Part shown: in pieces, positions 30,084 through 40,522 of the stretch | Layout: each line of letters starts with the position of its first letter | Numbering within the stretch: position 1 is the first letter of the stretch | Origin: a bacterium | GTDB lineage: Bacteria; UBA8248 | NCBI GenBank assembly: GCA_965203325.1 | Contig: OZ241875.1 | Coordinates: 800,001 to 864,000, forward strand | Direction: 5' to 3' | Length of the DNA: 64,000 nt | Translations under genes and position numbers: made by a program | Notes under the pieces: model-generated | What the model saw: only the letters and a program-made list of their open reading frames with translations | Told to the model about the DNA's origin: nothing | Database searches by the model: none

Positions 30084-30264
30084 GTAGGGACAGGTCGCGA
30101 CCTGTCCCTACACAAGGCAAAATTCCCCACGCATCGATCACGATTGAACCCTATTGAAATAATTTTCGCCTTTGTTCGTCATTTCGGCGAATGCCGGAAT
30201 AACAATTACTTGATTGGAAGTAGGCCATTTGAAAAAGCACGGGCGGCTCGCGAGCCGCCCCTAC
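30084..30264. repeat. GTAG-type REP palindromes
   Basis: Perfect 28-bp GTAGGGACAGGTCGCGACCTGTCCCTAC (30084-30111); GGGCGGCTCGCGAGCCGCCCCTAC (30241-30264). Confidence 0.85.
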
Positions 30265-30302
30265 GGAACCAACGCGTTCGTCCACTTCAAAGTGATGGAC
30301 GG

Positions 30303-30770
30303 CTAGGGACGAATCTGCAGGGTGAGGATGGTCTCGACCGGCGCGTCGTAGGTGAGTTCGTTGATGTTCAGGGCCGCGCGCGCGTGCTTTCCCCGCTCCT
30401 CGCCGAGCACTTCGACGAGAAGGTCGCTCTCCCCGTTCACGACCCAGGGCGCCTCCTGGAAGCCGGGCGCGCTGTTCACGTAGCCTTCGAGGCGCACGGC
30501 CCGGACGATACGGTCCAGGTCGCCCCCGAGGCACTCTTTCGCCATGGCGAAGTGGTTCAAGCCGCACAGGCGCGCCGACTGGTAGCCCTCCTCGACGCTG
30601 ACCCCGCCGCCGAGCTTCCCTCGGATGGGGATCTCTCCGTTGTACTGGCCGATGGTGCCCGCGAGGAAAAGCACCTCGCCCACCGCCACGCCGGGGATGT
30701 AGTTCGCCACGGCGGGCGGGACTTCGGGAAGCTCGACCCCGAGCTCTTCCAGCCTCTTTTCGATGCTCAT
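30303..30770 (-). CDS. RidA/YjgF family protein
   Basis: MSIEKRLEELG, ANYIP, NGESDLL, GKHARAA, PVE motifs. Confidence 0.9.
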   Translation of the reverse strand: MSIEKRLEELGVELPEVPPAVANYIPGVAVGEVLFLAGTIGQYNGEIPIRGKLGGGVSVEEGYQSARLCGLNHFAMAKECLGGDLDRIVRAVRLEGYVNSAPGFQEAPWVVNGESDLLVEVLGEERGKHARAALNINELTYDAPVETILTLQIRP

Positions 30771-30772
30771 TT

Positions 30773-31309
30773 TTATGCTCCATGCCTGATGAGGATACGA
30801 TCGCAGAAGGCGGGCGCGTTCGCCCGCGCCGGGACGATGGTAGCACGACTTCGCTTCCCTTGCGCCTGAGTTTTTTCGACGACGGGCGTTTGCGCGAGGG
30901 GAGGGACAGGCCGCGACCCCGGACAACGGGGGCAGGACAACCACGGAGGGTTGTCCCTACAAAACCCCGACGAAACGAAGCGCAGGGGGGTTGGTTTTCG
31001 AGGCGATTCCGAACCGGCCCTGAAGGGCCTGTAATCAAGCCGAAAGCGGATTGATTCAAACTCACGCGCGCCCCGCTGGCGTATCGGCGTGTCCTGGAAG
31101 TTCCGGGAATGGCCCAAGTCCTCGGAGAGTCCCGGCGAGCGGATGTGACCGGGAAAATCCTCAAGCCTCAGCGCCGCCTCCTGATCGCGCAGATATTCGA
31201 ACAGCCTCAGCCCGTCGGGCCGGCAACTCTTCAGGCGATGCACTTCTTCTGCGCTCAGCCCCGAGGAGACGAACTCCCGCGGCCCTCCCACCTCGTCGCA
31301 TCCGTTCAT
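30773..31309 (-). CDS. Hypothetical protein or degenerate gene overlapping REP units
   Basis: GGGAGG RBS before ATG 31309; stop lies 2 nt before the RidA start; no recognisable domain. Confidence 0.3.
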   Translation of the reverse strand: MNGCDEVGGPREFVSSGLSAEEVHRLKSCRPDGLRLFEYLRDQEAALRLEDFPGHIRSPGLSEDLGHSRNFQDTPIRQRGAREFESIRFRLDYRPFRAGSESPRKPTPLRFVSSGFCRDNPPWLSCPRCPGSRPVPPLAQTPVVEKTQAQGKRSRATIVPARANAPAFCDRILIRHGA

Positions 31310-31595
31310 CGTCAGCGCCTCCCGTGAGCGAGAAATACGGCAAAAAATGCTAATATACACGATAATAATATGAAAATAAATAATTCAGATACGAAGAAGA
31401 TATAAAGTTTCTGTAAAATGAAAGCTGAATCCGGTGACCACATCCGGACGGCGAGTCGTCCCCGCCGCGACTCCTTGGAATGGAGAACAATACAACTTCT
31501 TGCGGCGGGGGCGGCGACAAAGGCGACAAACAGGAGCGAATCATGACGGACGGCATGATTCACGGCCTGCCCGTGATGAGGATGCGATAATACTC

Positions 31596-33881
31596 GTGCA
31601 ACTGGACCGATACATCGACGCCGTTTTGCGCCACCGGTGGCTGATCATAGCGCTGGCCGTTTTGCTGATGATCATCGCGGGAGCGGGCGGGCGATTCATC
31701 ACCGTTGCGAGCGATTACCGCATTCTGTTCAAAAAGGACAACCCTTACCTCCTTGCTTTCGATGCGCTGGAACACACCTTCTCCTCATCCGACAACGCGC
31801 TGATCGCCGTTGAACCCCGCAGGGGATCGGTGTTCACCAAAGAGGCGCTCGTCGCGCTCGAGGAGTTGACCGAAGCCGCGTGGAAAACACCGCATTCGAG
31901 CCGGGTCGACTCCTTGACGAACTACAACCACAGCCGGGCGGAGGGGGATGATCTGATCGTCGAGCCGCTCGTTGACGACGCGGGCGCGCTCACCGACGCC
32001 GACCTTGCGCGAATCCGGAAAATCGCGCTGAACGAGAGGGAAATCGTCGATCGCCTCGTCTCCCGTGACGGTCGCGTGGGCGGAGTGGCGATTACCTTCA
32101 TTCTGCCGAAAAACCAGGACGCAGGCGTAGTCGCGATAACCGACTACCTGAACGCCGTTTTGAAGAAGGCCCGCGCGAGCCACCCGGACATGAACTATTA
32201 CATGACCGGCACTGTCGTCATTAACCGGGCTTTCCAGGATGCCCCGAAGGATGACTTGAGCATCCTGTTGCCGCTCGTGTTTCTCGTCATCGCGATTTTC
32301 ACGATTATTCTCTTGCGCTCGATACTGGGCACGCTGGCAATCATTATCTTTCTCCTGTTCCCCATCATCACCACCATGGGAATAGCCGGCTGGCTCGGGA
32401 CGGTGTTCAGCCCCACCAACTCCGGCGTGCCGATCATCATCATGGTCATAGCCATCGCGGATGCGGTTCATATCGTATCGAGCACGCTCCTGGAAATGAG
32501 GCGCGGCCTCGAGAAAAATGCGGCGGTCGCGGAGTCGCTTCGCCACAACGCCTGGCCGGTGTTTCTGACCTCTCTCACGACGGCCATCGGATTCCTGAGC
32601 CTGAACACCTCGGACTCTCCGCCTTTCCAGGTTCTGGGGAACTACGTGGCGCTCGGCGTGGTGTGGGCCTACGTCTATTCCATGACGCTGCTTCCGGCGC
32701 TGCTCTCGGTTCTGCCGCTGCGAGCACCTCGTGTCCGCTCTCAAGGGACCGCCTTTTTCGAGCGATTCGCCGAGTTCGTCATCGCGCGGCGCAAGCCCCT
32801 GCTCGTGGTCCTCTCCGTGGGTGTAGTTTTCCTGCTCACCGGAATCCCCCGCATCGAGCTGGGTGACAACCTGACGAAATTCTTCGACGAAAGCTACCGG
32901 GTCCGGCGCGATGCGGATTACATCTCCAAGAACCTGACCGGCTTCGACAAGCTGGAATATTCCCTGAAAGCGGGGCGCGAGGGGGGCATCACCGATCCCG
33001 CATATCTGAAAAAGGTGGAAGCCTTCGCCGGATGGTACGGGGAGCAACCGAAAGTGAGCCACGTCCAGGCGTTTCCGGACGTCATGAAGCGCCTGAACAA
33101 GAACATGCACGGCGACGACCCGGCGTTCTACCGGATTCCCGATGACCCCAGGCTCGCCGCGCAATATCTGCTGCTCTACGAGTTTTCGCTCCCCTTCGGC
33201 ATGGACCTCAACAACCGCATCGACGTCGCCAAATCCAGGACACGCATGAGCGTCACTATCAAGGATGCGACGTCGCGGGACCTGCGTGAGCTCGGCAATC
33301 GCGCCCAGGTCTGGCTGCGCGCCAATGCGCCCGAATTCGCGCAGGAGGCATCCGGCCTGAGCGTCATCGTTGCGCATATGACGCAGCGCAATCTCGAGAG
33401 CATGCTGGGCGGCACGATCATCGCCATGGCGCTCATCTCGTTGATTCTGGCCCTGGTTTTCAAAAGCGTGCGTTTCGGTCTCATCAGCCTCGTGCCCAAC
33501 TTCCTCCCCGCGTTGATGACCTTCGGTCTGTGGGGCCATCTCGTGGGCCAGTTGGGCGTCGTCTCCTCGGTGGTTCTCGCCGTCACCTTCGGAATCATCG
33601 TGGACGATACGATTCACTTTTTGAGCAAATACTTGAAGGCGCGGCGCGAAGAGGGCCTCCCGCCGTTCGAGGCGGTGCGCTACGCCTTCCGCACCGTGGG
33701 CCACGCGCTGTGGACGACGACCGTGGTCCTGTCGGCGGGCTTCATGGTTTTCACCGCATCGGGGTTCGAACTCAGTTGGGTTCTCGGGCTTCTGGTGACG
33801 ATAACGATCATTTTCGCGTTGCTTGGCGATTTCCTGCTCCTGCCCATTCTGCTGATCGCCATCGACAGGAATCATTCATGA
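31596..33881 (+). CDS. MMPL/RND family exporter
   Basis: Two TM repeats with IAIADAVH and GIIVDDTIHF; TSLTTAIGF; start uncertain. Confidence 0.9.
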   Translation: MQLDRYIDAVLRHRWLIIALAVLLMIIAGAGGRFITVASDYRILFKKDNPYLLAFDALEHTFSSSDNALIAVEPRRGSVFTKEALVALEELTEAAWKTPHSSRVDSLTNYNHSRAEGDDLIVEPLVDDAGALTDADLARIRKIALNEREIVDRLVSRDGRVGGVAITFILPKNQDAGVVAITDYLNAVLKKARASHPDMNYYMTGTVVINRAFQDAPKDDLSILLPLVFLVIAIFTIILLRSILGTLAIIIFLLFPIITTMGIAGWLGTVFSPTNSGVPIIIMVIAIADAVHIVSSTLLEMRRGLEKNAAVAESLRHNAWPVFLTSLTTAIGFLSLNTSDSPPFQVLGNYVALGVVWAYVYSMTLLPALLSVLPLRAPRVRSQGTAFFERFAEFVIARRKPLLVVLSVGVVFLLTGIPRIELGDNLTKFFDESYRVRRDADYISKNLTGFDKLEYSLKAGREGGITDPAYLKKVEAFAGWYGEQPKVSHVQAFPDVMKRLNKNMHGDDPAFYRIPDDPRLAAQYLLLYEFSLPFGMDLNNRIDVAKSRTRMSVTIKDATSRDLRELGNRAQVWLRANAPEFAQEASGLSVIVAHMTQRNLESMLGGTIIAMALISLILALVFKSVRFGLISLVPNFLPALMTFGLWGHLVGQLGVVSSVVLAVTFGIIVDDTIHFLSKYLKARREEGLPPFEAVRYAFRTVGHALWTTTVVLSAGFMVFTASGFELSWVLGLLVTITIIFALLGDFLLLPILLIAIDRNHS

Positions 33882-33932
33882 TGCCTAACCATAAGTATGT
33901 TGCGACAATTTTACATCCATGAGGAAAGCTAC

Positions 33933-35297
33933 ATGAGAAAGAGTACCGTTGTAATTTTAGGAGGGGGAGCGGCCGGGCTGTGCGCCGCCTACACCCTGAA
34001 GAAACATGGCATAAAAGCCATCTTGTTAGAAGCCGGCGATCGTCTGGGCGGACGGCTGGGCGGTGACAGAGTGGACGATTTTTCGCTGGATGCGGGCGCG
34101 GATTTCTTCTGTTCTTCCTACGATGTCACTTTTCGCATATGCGAGGAACTGGGATTGCCCCTGCTTCGCTCGAAGATGAGCCTGGGCTGGTACAGAAACG
34201 GCCGGTGGACCGTGACGTGTCCGGTCGATTCCTTGAGCACACTCATCCAGAACCTGGTGGCGTTCTGGAAGCTGAAGGTCTTGTCGCCCCGGGAAATCTG
34301 GCCGACGCTCAAAATGATCAAAGGGATCAAACAACAGTCTGATTTCCTGAACTTCGCCAGTGACTCCAGGATCATCGAACTCGACGGGGGGGAGAACGCC
34401 GGCGAATACATGGACAGCCTCGGCATGCCCGAGTCTTTGAAGACGACGCTGCGGGGATTCATGGAGATGACGATGGGCGAAATCGAGCAGATGGGCTCCG
34501 CCTACTTGCGAACGTATCTGGCCGAGATGCTCTTGAAGCCCGAACAGATATATGTGCCTGAGCAAGGAGCCAGCTCCCTGATCCACGCCCTGGCAAGCGC
34601 CTGCGGGGCCGATATCCGCGTCTCCACGCCCGCAAGAAGCGTGGTCATCCGAGACGGGGCTGTGAAGAACGTGATCGTGGACGACGGACCCATCGAGGCT
34701 GACGCCGTCATCTGCGCCGTCCCCGCCACGAAGGTGTCTGAAATCATTCCGGATCTGCCGAGCGGAATTCGCAGCGCACTGGGCAAGGTAACGTATTCGC
34801 GCGGATGCAGAGTGGTGATCGGCCTCGACCATCGCCCGCTTCCTCCCGGCTGGCACGGAGCGTTGTATCCCGAGGACGAGACGCCGCTGCTTCTGGATCG
34901 ATCCATCAACCTGCCGGTCTGCGTACCACCGGGAAAGAGCACGCTTGATTTGCTCGTCGGCCGCGAGCGCGCCGAGGAGTTGTTCCCTCTTGACGATGAA
35001 GAAATCAAGCGCCGAATGCTCGCCGACGCGCGCCGGAACCCTCCTCCCGGCTCCAACCTTCCCGGTGACGACGAGGGGCTGTTCACCCGCGTGTACCGCT
35101 GGCGGGAGGCCGTGTGCATGGGGCCTCCCGGCATGTTCAAGGCGATAGCGGATATGCGCCTTGAAATCAAACGCGACGTCAAGAATCTCTTCCTGGCGGG
35201 CGACTACATGCGGGTTCCCTGTGTGAACGGCGCCCTGGCAAGCGGCGTCGACGCAGCCGAAGAAGTTGCGGAGTTGCTGGCGACCCGTTCCTCATGA
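33933..35297 (+). CDS. FAD-dependent oxidoreductase (amine oxidase / HemY-like)
   Basis: GGGAAGL, LEAGDRLGGR, DAGA, LAGDY...GALASG motifs. Confidence 0.85.
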   Translation: MRKSTVVILGGGAAGLCAAYTLKKHGIKAILLEAGDRLGGRLGGDRVDDFSLDAGADFFCSSYDVTFRICEELGLPLLRSKMSLGWYRNGRWTVTCPVDSLSTLIQNLVAFWKLKVLSPREIWPTLKMIKGIKQQSDFLNFASDSRIIELDGGENAGEYMDSLGMPESLKTTLRGFMEMTMGEIEQMGSAYLRTYLAEMLLKPEQIYVPEQGASSLIHALASACGADIRVSTPARSVVIRDGAVKNVIVDDGPIEADAVICAVPATKVSEIIPDLPSGIRSALGKVTYSRGCRVVIGLDHRPLPPGWHGALYPEDETPLLLDRSINLPVCVPPGKSTLDLLVGRERAEELFPLDDEEIKRRMLADARRNPPPGSNLPGDDEGLFTRVYRWREAVCMGPPGMFKAIADMRLEIKRDVKNLFLAGDYMRVPCVNGALASGVDAAEEVAELLATRSS

Positions 35298-35582
35298 AAA
35301 GCTGGCGCGTGGTTCTTCGATAAGTTTCTGGAAATTGTTTCCCGTTTAACCGGTTGTAATACAAAGGGTCACCATTCAAATCTGAGCGCCGGACACTCAA
35401 ATAAAGCGACAAAAAAAGTTTCCTGATTCCCCCGCATTCGCGCGCCGACCCGCCGATGGACCTCACCGCCGCACGCCCCCCGGAGCGCCCCGCCCCATGA
35501 ATCGGGGCGTTTCCGTTCACCGGCCGGACGTGATATATTCAGTCCATATCGATGCTGCCTTGAGTGAGGAGATGCGCTATCC

Positions 35583-38384
35583 ATGGAGACGAATCCTCAG
35601 GATATCGGGGAAGTACCGGTAAGGGAGGATGGATCGTCCATCTCGACGAACGGGGCGCAGCAGGACGGCTCCGGCGATTCGAGGTATCTGCCCGACTCGG
35701 CGGGCGCGCCCCTTCCCGACGCTGAAACCGAACTCGACGAGGTAGAAACCGACGAGTGGCTCGAATCGCTCGACTACGTCCTTCAAACCCGGGGTCCCGA
35801 GCGTACGAAGATCCTCCTTCGCCATTTGCAGGTCCATGCGGTGCGCGCGGGCGTCGTCCGCCCGTTTTCGGCGAACACGCCGTATATCAACACCATCCCG
35901 CTGGAAAAGCAGCCCCCCTTCCCCGGGGACCGGACGATCGAGCGGCGGATCAAGAGCCTCGTCCGCTGGAACGCGATGGCCATGGTCGTGCGCGCCAACC
36001 GGGAAGACGCCTCCATCGGCGGGCACATCTCCACCTACGCATCGGCCGCCACGCTGCTCGAAATCGGGTTCAACCACTTCTTCCGGGGCAAGAAGCATCC
36101 CTCGGGCGGCGACATCATCTACTTCCAGGGCCACAGCGCGCCCGGCATCTACGCCAGAGCGTTCCTCGAAGGACGCCTGACAGAGAGGAATCTCGAAAAC
36201 TTCCGGCGCGAGCTCAAAGAGGGGGGCGGCCTCTCCTCCTACCCGCATCCCTGGCTGATGCCCGATTTCTGGGAGTTCCCCACCGTCTCGATGGGACTCT
36301 CTCCCCTGATGGCGATATACCAGGCGCGCTATCTGCACTATCTGGAAGACCGAGGCCTCAAGCCCGCGACGGGCCAGAAAGTCTGGGCGTACCTGGGCGA
36401 CGGCGAGATGGACGAACCCGAATCGCTGGGCGCCATCACCCTGGCCGCGCGGGAAAAACTCGACAACCTGATCTTCGTCATCAACTGCAACCTGCAGCGC
36501 CTCGACGGCCCCGTCAGGGGCAACGGGAAAATCATCCAGGAACTCGAAGCCGCCTTCCGGGGCGCGAAGTGGAACGTCATCAAGGTCATCTGGGGAGACG
36601 ACTGGGACCCCCTCGTGGCGATGGATGATGAGGGCGCGCTCCTCCAGCGGATGAACGAGACAGTCGACGGCCAATACCAGAAATACAGCGTCGAGAAGGT
36701 CAAGGAGGGCGATTACCTGCGCGAGCATTTCTTCGGTGGCGACGAGCGGTTGAAGGCGATGGCCGACACCGTGCCCGATGAGAAACTCAACAGGATGCGG
36801 CGCGGGGGACATGACCCCGAAAAAGTGTTCGCCGCCTACCAGGCCGCCATGGAATGCAGGGGTCTCCCCACGGTCATCCTCGCGAAAACAGTGAAGGGGT
36901 ATGGCTTGGGCGAGGGCGGCGAGGGCCGGAACGTCACCCACCAGCAGAAAAAGCTCAATGAGGATGAACTCAAGGAGTTCCGCACGCGCTTCGAGATTCC
37001 CATGTCCGATGAGGAAGTGACAGAGGCGCCGTTCTACCGGCCGTCGGAGGACAGCCCCGAAATTCAATACCTGAAAGAAAAGCGGAAAAAACTCGGCGGA
37101 TACGTTCCCACGAGGCGGAGCATCTCCACGCCGCTCAAAGCGCCGCCTGATGAGTTGTTCGAGGAATTCCTGGAAGGCACGGATGGGCGCGAAGTCTCCA
37201 CGACCATGGTGTTCGTCAGAATCCTGAGCAAGCTGCTCCGCGACGAGGGATTGGGCAAACTCATCGTTCCCATCGTGCCCGATGAAGCGAGGACGTTCGG
37301 CATGGAAGCGCTGTTCCGGCAAATCGGAATCTACTCCCACGCCGGACAGTTGTATGAGCCCGTCGACCGCGACAGCCTCCTGTACTACAAAGAAGCGCAA
37401 GACGGACAGATCCTTGAAGAGGGAATCACCGAGGCGGGTTCGATGGCGTCGTTCATCGCCGCCGGGACCGCCTACGCCACCCACGGTGTGAACACCATCC
37501 CGTTCTACATCTACTATTCGATGTTCGGCTTCCAGCGCATCGGCGATCTGATATGGGCGGCGGCGGACATGTGCGCGCGGGGTTTCCTGATCGGAGGGAC
37601 GGCCGGCAGAACCACCCTGAACGGGGAAGGACTCCAGCACCAGGACGGCAACAGCCACCATCTCGCCTATCCCGTTCCCAACCTTCTCACTTACGACCCG
37701 GCTTTCGCCTTCGAGATGGCGCTGATCATTCAGGACGGGATTCGCAGAATGTACCAGGAACAGGAAAAAATCTTCTACTACCTCACCGCCTACAACGAGA
37801 ACTACGCCATGCCTCCGATGCCCGAAGGGGCGCAGGAGGGCATATTGAAGGGCATGTATCTCTTCAAGCGCTCGGAGGCGGACTCGGGTATCAAAGCGCA
37901 ATTATTGGGCAGCGGCACCATCATGAACGAGGTGCTCCGGGCGCAGGAAATGCTGGAGAAACGATATTCGATTGCAGCGGACGTCTGGAGCGTCACGAGC
38001 TACAAGGAACTCAGGCGAGACGCCCTGGAAGTCGAGCGATGGAACATGCTGCACTCGGACAGCGCACCGAAAACTCCATACGTGACGCAATGCCTCGCGC
38101 GCGCACCCGGCGTTTGCGTGGCGGCCTCGGACTATGTGAAGGCCACGCCCGATTCGATTTCGAAATGGGTGCCCAAACCCATGATTTCGCTGGGAACCGA
38201 GGGGTTCGGGCGAAGCGAATCGAGGGAATCCTTGAGAGATTTCTTTGAAATCGATGCGCGCTACATCGTGCTCGCCACTTTGTACAGCCTTGCGCGAGAC
38301 AAGAAGATATACCCCGAACTCGTGAACAAAGCGATGAAAGACCTGGATATCGACCCCGAAAAAACCAACCCGATGATGTCCTGA
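35583..38384 (+). CDS. aceE: Pyruvate dehydrogenase E1 (homodimeric type)
   Basis: GGHIST, SYPHPWLMP, GDGEMDEPES, GEGLQHQDG motifs. Confidence 0.97.
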   Translation: METNPQDIGEVPVREDGSSISTNGAQQDGSGDSRYLPDSAGAPLPDAETELDEVETDEWLESLDYVLQTRGPERTKILLRHLQVHAVRAGVVRPFSANTPYINTIPLEKQPPFPGDRTIERRIKSLVRWNAMAMVVRANREDASIGGHISTYASAATLLEIGFNHFFRGKKHPSGGDIIYFQGHSAPGIYARAFLEGRLTERNLENFRRELKEGGGLSSYPHPWLMPDFWEFPTVSMGLSPLMAIYQARYLHYLEDRGLKPATGQKVWAYLGDGEMDEPESLGAITLAAREKLDNLIFVINCNLQRLDGPVRGNGKIIQELEAAFRGAKWNVIKVIWGDDWDPLVAMDDEGALLQRMNETVDGQYQKYSVEKVKEGDYLREHFFGGDERLKAMADTVPDEKLNRMRRGGHDPEKVFAAYQAAMECRGLPTVILAKTVKGYGLGEGGEGRNVTHQQKKLNEDELKEFRTRFEIPMSDEEVTEAPFYRPSEDSPEIQYLKEKRKKLGGYVPTRRSISTPLKAPPDELFEEFLEGTDGREVSTTMVFVRILSKLLRDEGLGKLIVPIVPDEARTFGMEALFRQIGIYSHAGQLYEPVDRDSLLYYKEAQDGQILEEGITEAGSMASFIAAGTAYATHGVNTIPFYIYYSMFGFQRIGDLIWAAADMCARGFLIGGTAGRTTLNGEGLQHQDGNSHHLAYPVPNLLTYDPAFAFEMALIIQDGIRRMYQEQEKIFYYLTAYNENYAMPPMPEGAQEGILKGMYLFKRSEADSGIKAQLLGSGTIMNEVLRAQEMLEKRYSIAADVWSVTSYKELRRDALEVERWNMLHSDSAPKTPYVTQCLARAPGVCVAASDYVKATPDSISKWVPKPMISLGTEGFGRSESRESLRDFFEIDARYIVLATLYSLARDKKIYPELVNKAMKDLDIDPEKTNPMMS

Positions 38385-38405
38385 TACAAATCCCGAGGGA
38401 GTTCC

Positions 38406-39800
38406 ATGACCATCGAACTCAAACTCCCCGAACTCGGGGAGAACATCACATCCGGAAAAGTAATTGCCGTTTTAGTCAACGTGGGAGACACCGTGGCAGT
38501 GGATCAGTCGGTCATCGAAGTCGAGACCGACAAGGCGCTCATCGAAGTCCCCTCATCGGTCGAGGGCAAGATAACGGAAATCCATCTCAAACCCGGCGAC
38601 GACGCCGAAGTCGGGGGAACGATTCTCGTCATCGAAGAGAGCAGCGAGATTGCGGCGCCCACTCTGGGCAAAGAGAATTTTGAGGAAATTACCTCAGGCT
38701 CCAAAGAACGGGTGGACTCGGAAGAAACCCGGCCCATACCGGCGGACGAACCCGCGTCGCTTTTCGAGACGACGGGCGAAGATGCCGCCGCGACGGAACC
38801 CGCGCCTGCCGGATTTTCTCTGCAACCCACCGGGACCCCTGCACCGGAGACTTCTGAAACGCCTGCGCCAAAGAGCAAAAAAGAGCCCGCGCCCGCGGCG
38901 CCCTCGGTACGCAGAATCGCTCGTGAGGCGGGCATCGACATAAGCGATGTGCCGGGCAGCGGAATTGGAGGCAGAATATCCGCGCAAGACGTCAGGCAAT
39001 TCGTGGCGGCGCAAGGGGGCGCCGCTTTACCGGATGCGCCTGCCCCGGCGCAGATGAGCGCCCCCGTTCAACTGCCCGACCTCGCCCGCTGGGGGGAGAT
39101 CAAGCGCGAACCGATGACGGGAATCCGGCGCGCGACGTCCGTGAATCTCACGCGCGCATGGACGAGCGTCCCCCATGTGACCCAGTGCGAAAAAGCCGAC
39201 ATTTCCGAACTCGATGACTTGAGAAGAAAATTCACTCCAAAAGCGGAGACCGCCGGCGGCAAACTCACCATCACCGCCATCCTCATTAAAGTCATCGCTT
39301 CGGCTCTCAAAGTCTTCCCGCAATTCAACGCGAGCGTAGACACGGCGGCCGAAGAGATCGTCTACAAGAACTACATACATGTAGGTGTTGCCGTAGATAC
39401 CGAAAACGGTTTGCTCGTACCGGTAATTCGCGATGCGGACAAGAAGAATATCATCGAACTATCGGTGGAACTGGGCGAAGTTGCAGAACGCGCCCGCTCC
39501 CGAAGACTCGCACCCGACGACATGCAGGGCGGCTCCATGACCATCACGAACCTCGGCGGCTTCGGCGGCACGTATTTCACCCCGATAGTGAACTGGCCCG
39601 AAGTCGCCATCCTCGGCGTCTCCCGCGCGCGCATGGAGCCGGTTTGGGCGAAAGACGCAGAAGAATTCGAACCGCGCCTGATGCTCCCGCTCATGGTTTC
39701 CTACGACCACCGCATCATCGACGGGGCGGATGGCGTCAAGTTTTTGAGATGGGTGGCCGACGCGCTGGAAGAACCCATGCTCATGAGCCTCGAAGGTTGA
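38406..39800 (+). CDS. aceF: Dihydrolipoamide acetyltransferase E2 (one lipoyl domain)
   Basis: ETDKA lipoyl site, PSVRRIARE binding domain, DHRIIDG. Confidence 0.95.
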   Translation: MTIELKLPELGENITSGKVIAVLVNVGDTVAVDQSVIEVETDKALIEVPSSVEGKITEIHLKPGDDAEVGGTILVIEESSEIAAPTLGKENFEEITSGSKERVDSEETRPIPADEPASLFETTGEDAAATEPAPAGFSLQPTGTPAPETSETPAPKSKKEPAPAAPSVRRIAREAGIDISDVPGSGIGGRISAQDVRQFVAAQGGAALPDAPAPAQMSAPVQLPDLARWGEIKREPMTGIRRATSVNLTRAWTSVPHVTQCEKADISELDDLRRKFTPKAETAGGKLTITAILIKVIASALKVFPQFNASVDTAAEEIVYKNYIHVGVAVDTENGLLVPVIRDADKKNIIELSVELGEVAERARSRRLAPDDMQGGSMTITNLGGFGGTYFTPIVNWPEVAILGVSRARMEPVWAKDAEEFEPRLMLPLMVSYDHRIIDGADGVKFLRWVADALEEPMLMSLEG

Positions 39801-39938
39801 GCGACTCTCTCGAAGACGGGGAAATCCATCCCCATGAACCTCCCGGGTTGAGCGGCCCCAGCATTATCCAGCGAAACCTCCTGGGTCACTACGAGAGGCA
39901 CGCGGTTCTCCCCGATTCATCTTTGGGATGTCTTTTCA

Positions 39939-40517
39939 ATGGCGAATCTCCTGGGTGATTGGAATTTTCTGCAATACTGGTGGTGGAAACCCTACATCAA
40001 ACCCCTCATCGGTTTGGCCTGGTTTGCGGGCGTCATCGCGCTGGGAGCGATCATCTTCTTCGCCGTCATGGGAAGCGCCAAGCTATCTGAATACAGAAAC
40101 GCTCTCTTCCCTCCCAAAGAACCCGATATCCCCGAGGATGAAGCGGCGCTCGTCGAATTCATGGAGTCTTTCTTTCCGGAAGTATCGGAAGAAGAGGTTC
40201 TCCTGATGGAACATATCCTTGACGACGTGATCAAGGAAGATATTCATCCGCAAATGGCGCGGGAAATCGAAGCCCGGGGCATACCCGTCCGGCTGCTGGC
40301 GCTCCCGCCGCCGGAAATCGTACGCGCAGTAGGATGCTATCCCGTGGCCGTGTGGATTCCCCGTCTGAACGCGATAGAACTGTACGCATCGGTCGTCAAA
40401 AGCGAATGCAAGCGAGACCCGAAGCGTTACAGAGCGAAGATAGGCGATCTGCTGCTGCATGAAATCGGCCACGCCCTGGGCCTGGATGAACCAAAAATCA
40501 AGGATTTCGGCGTATAA
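39939..40517 (+). CDS. Zincin-like metallopeptidase with N-terminal TM helix
   Basis: IELY...LLHEIGHALG (HExxH). Confidence 0.7.
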   Translation: MANLLGDWNFLQYWWWKPYIKPLIGLAWFAGVIALGAIIFFAVMGSAKLSEYRNALFPPKEPDIPEDEAALVEFMESFFPEVSEEEVLLMEHILDDVIKEDIHPQMAREIEARGIPVRLLALPPPEIVRAVGCYPVAVWIPRLNAIELYASVVKSECKRDPKRYRAKIGDLLLHEIGHALGLDEPKIKDFGV

Positions 40518-40522
40518 CCGCC

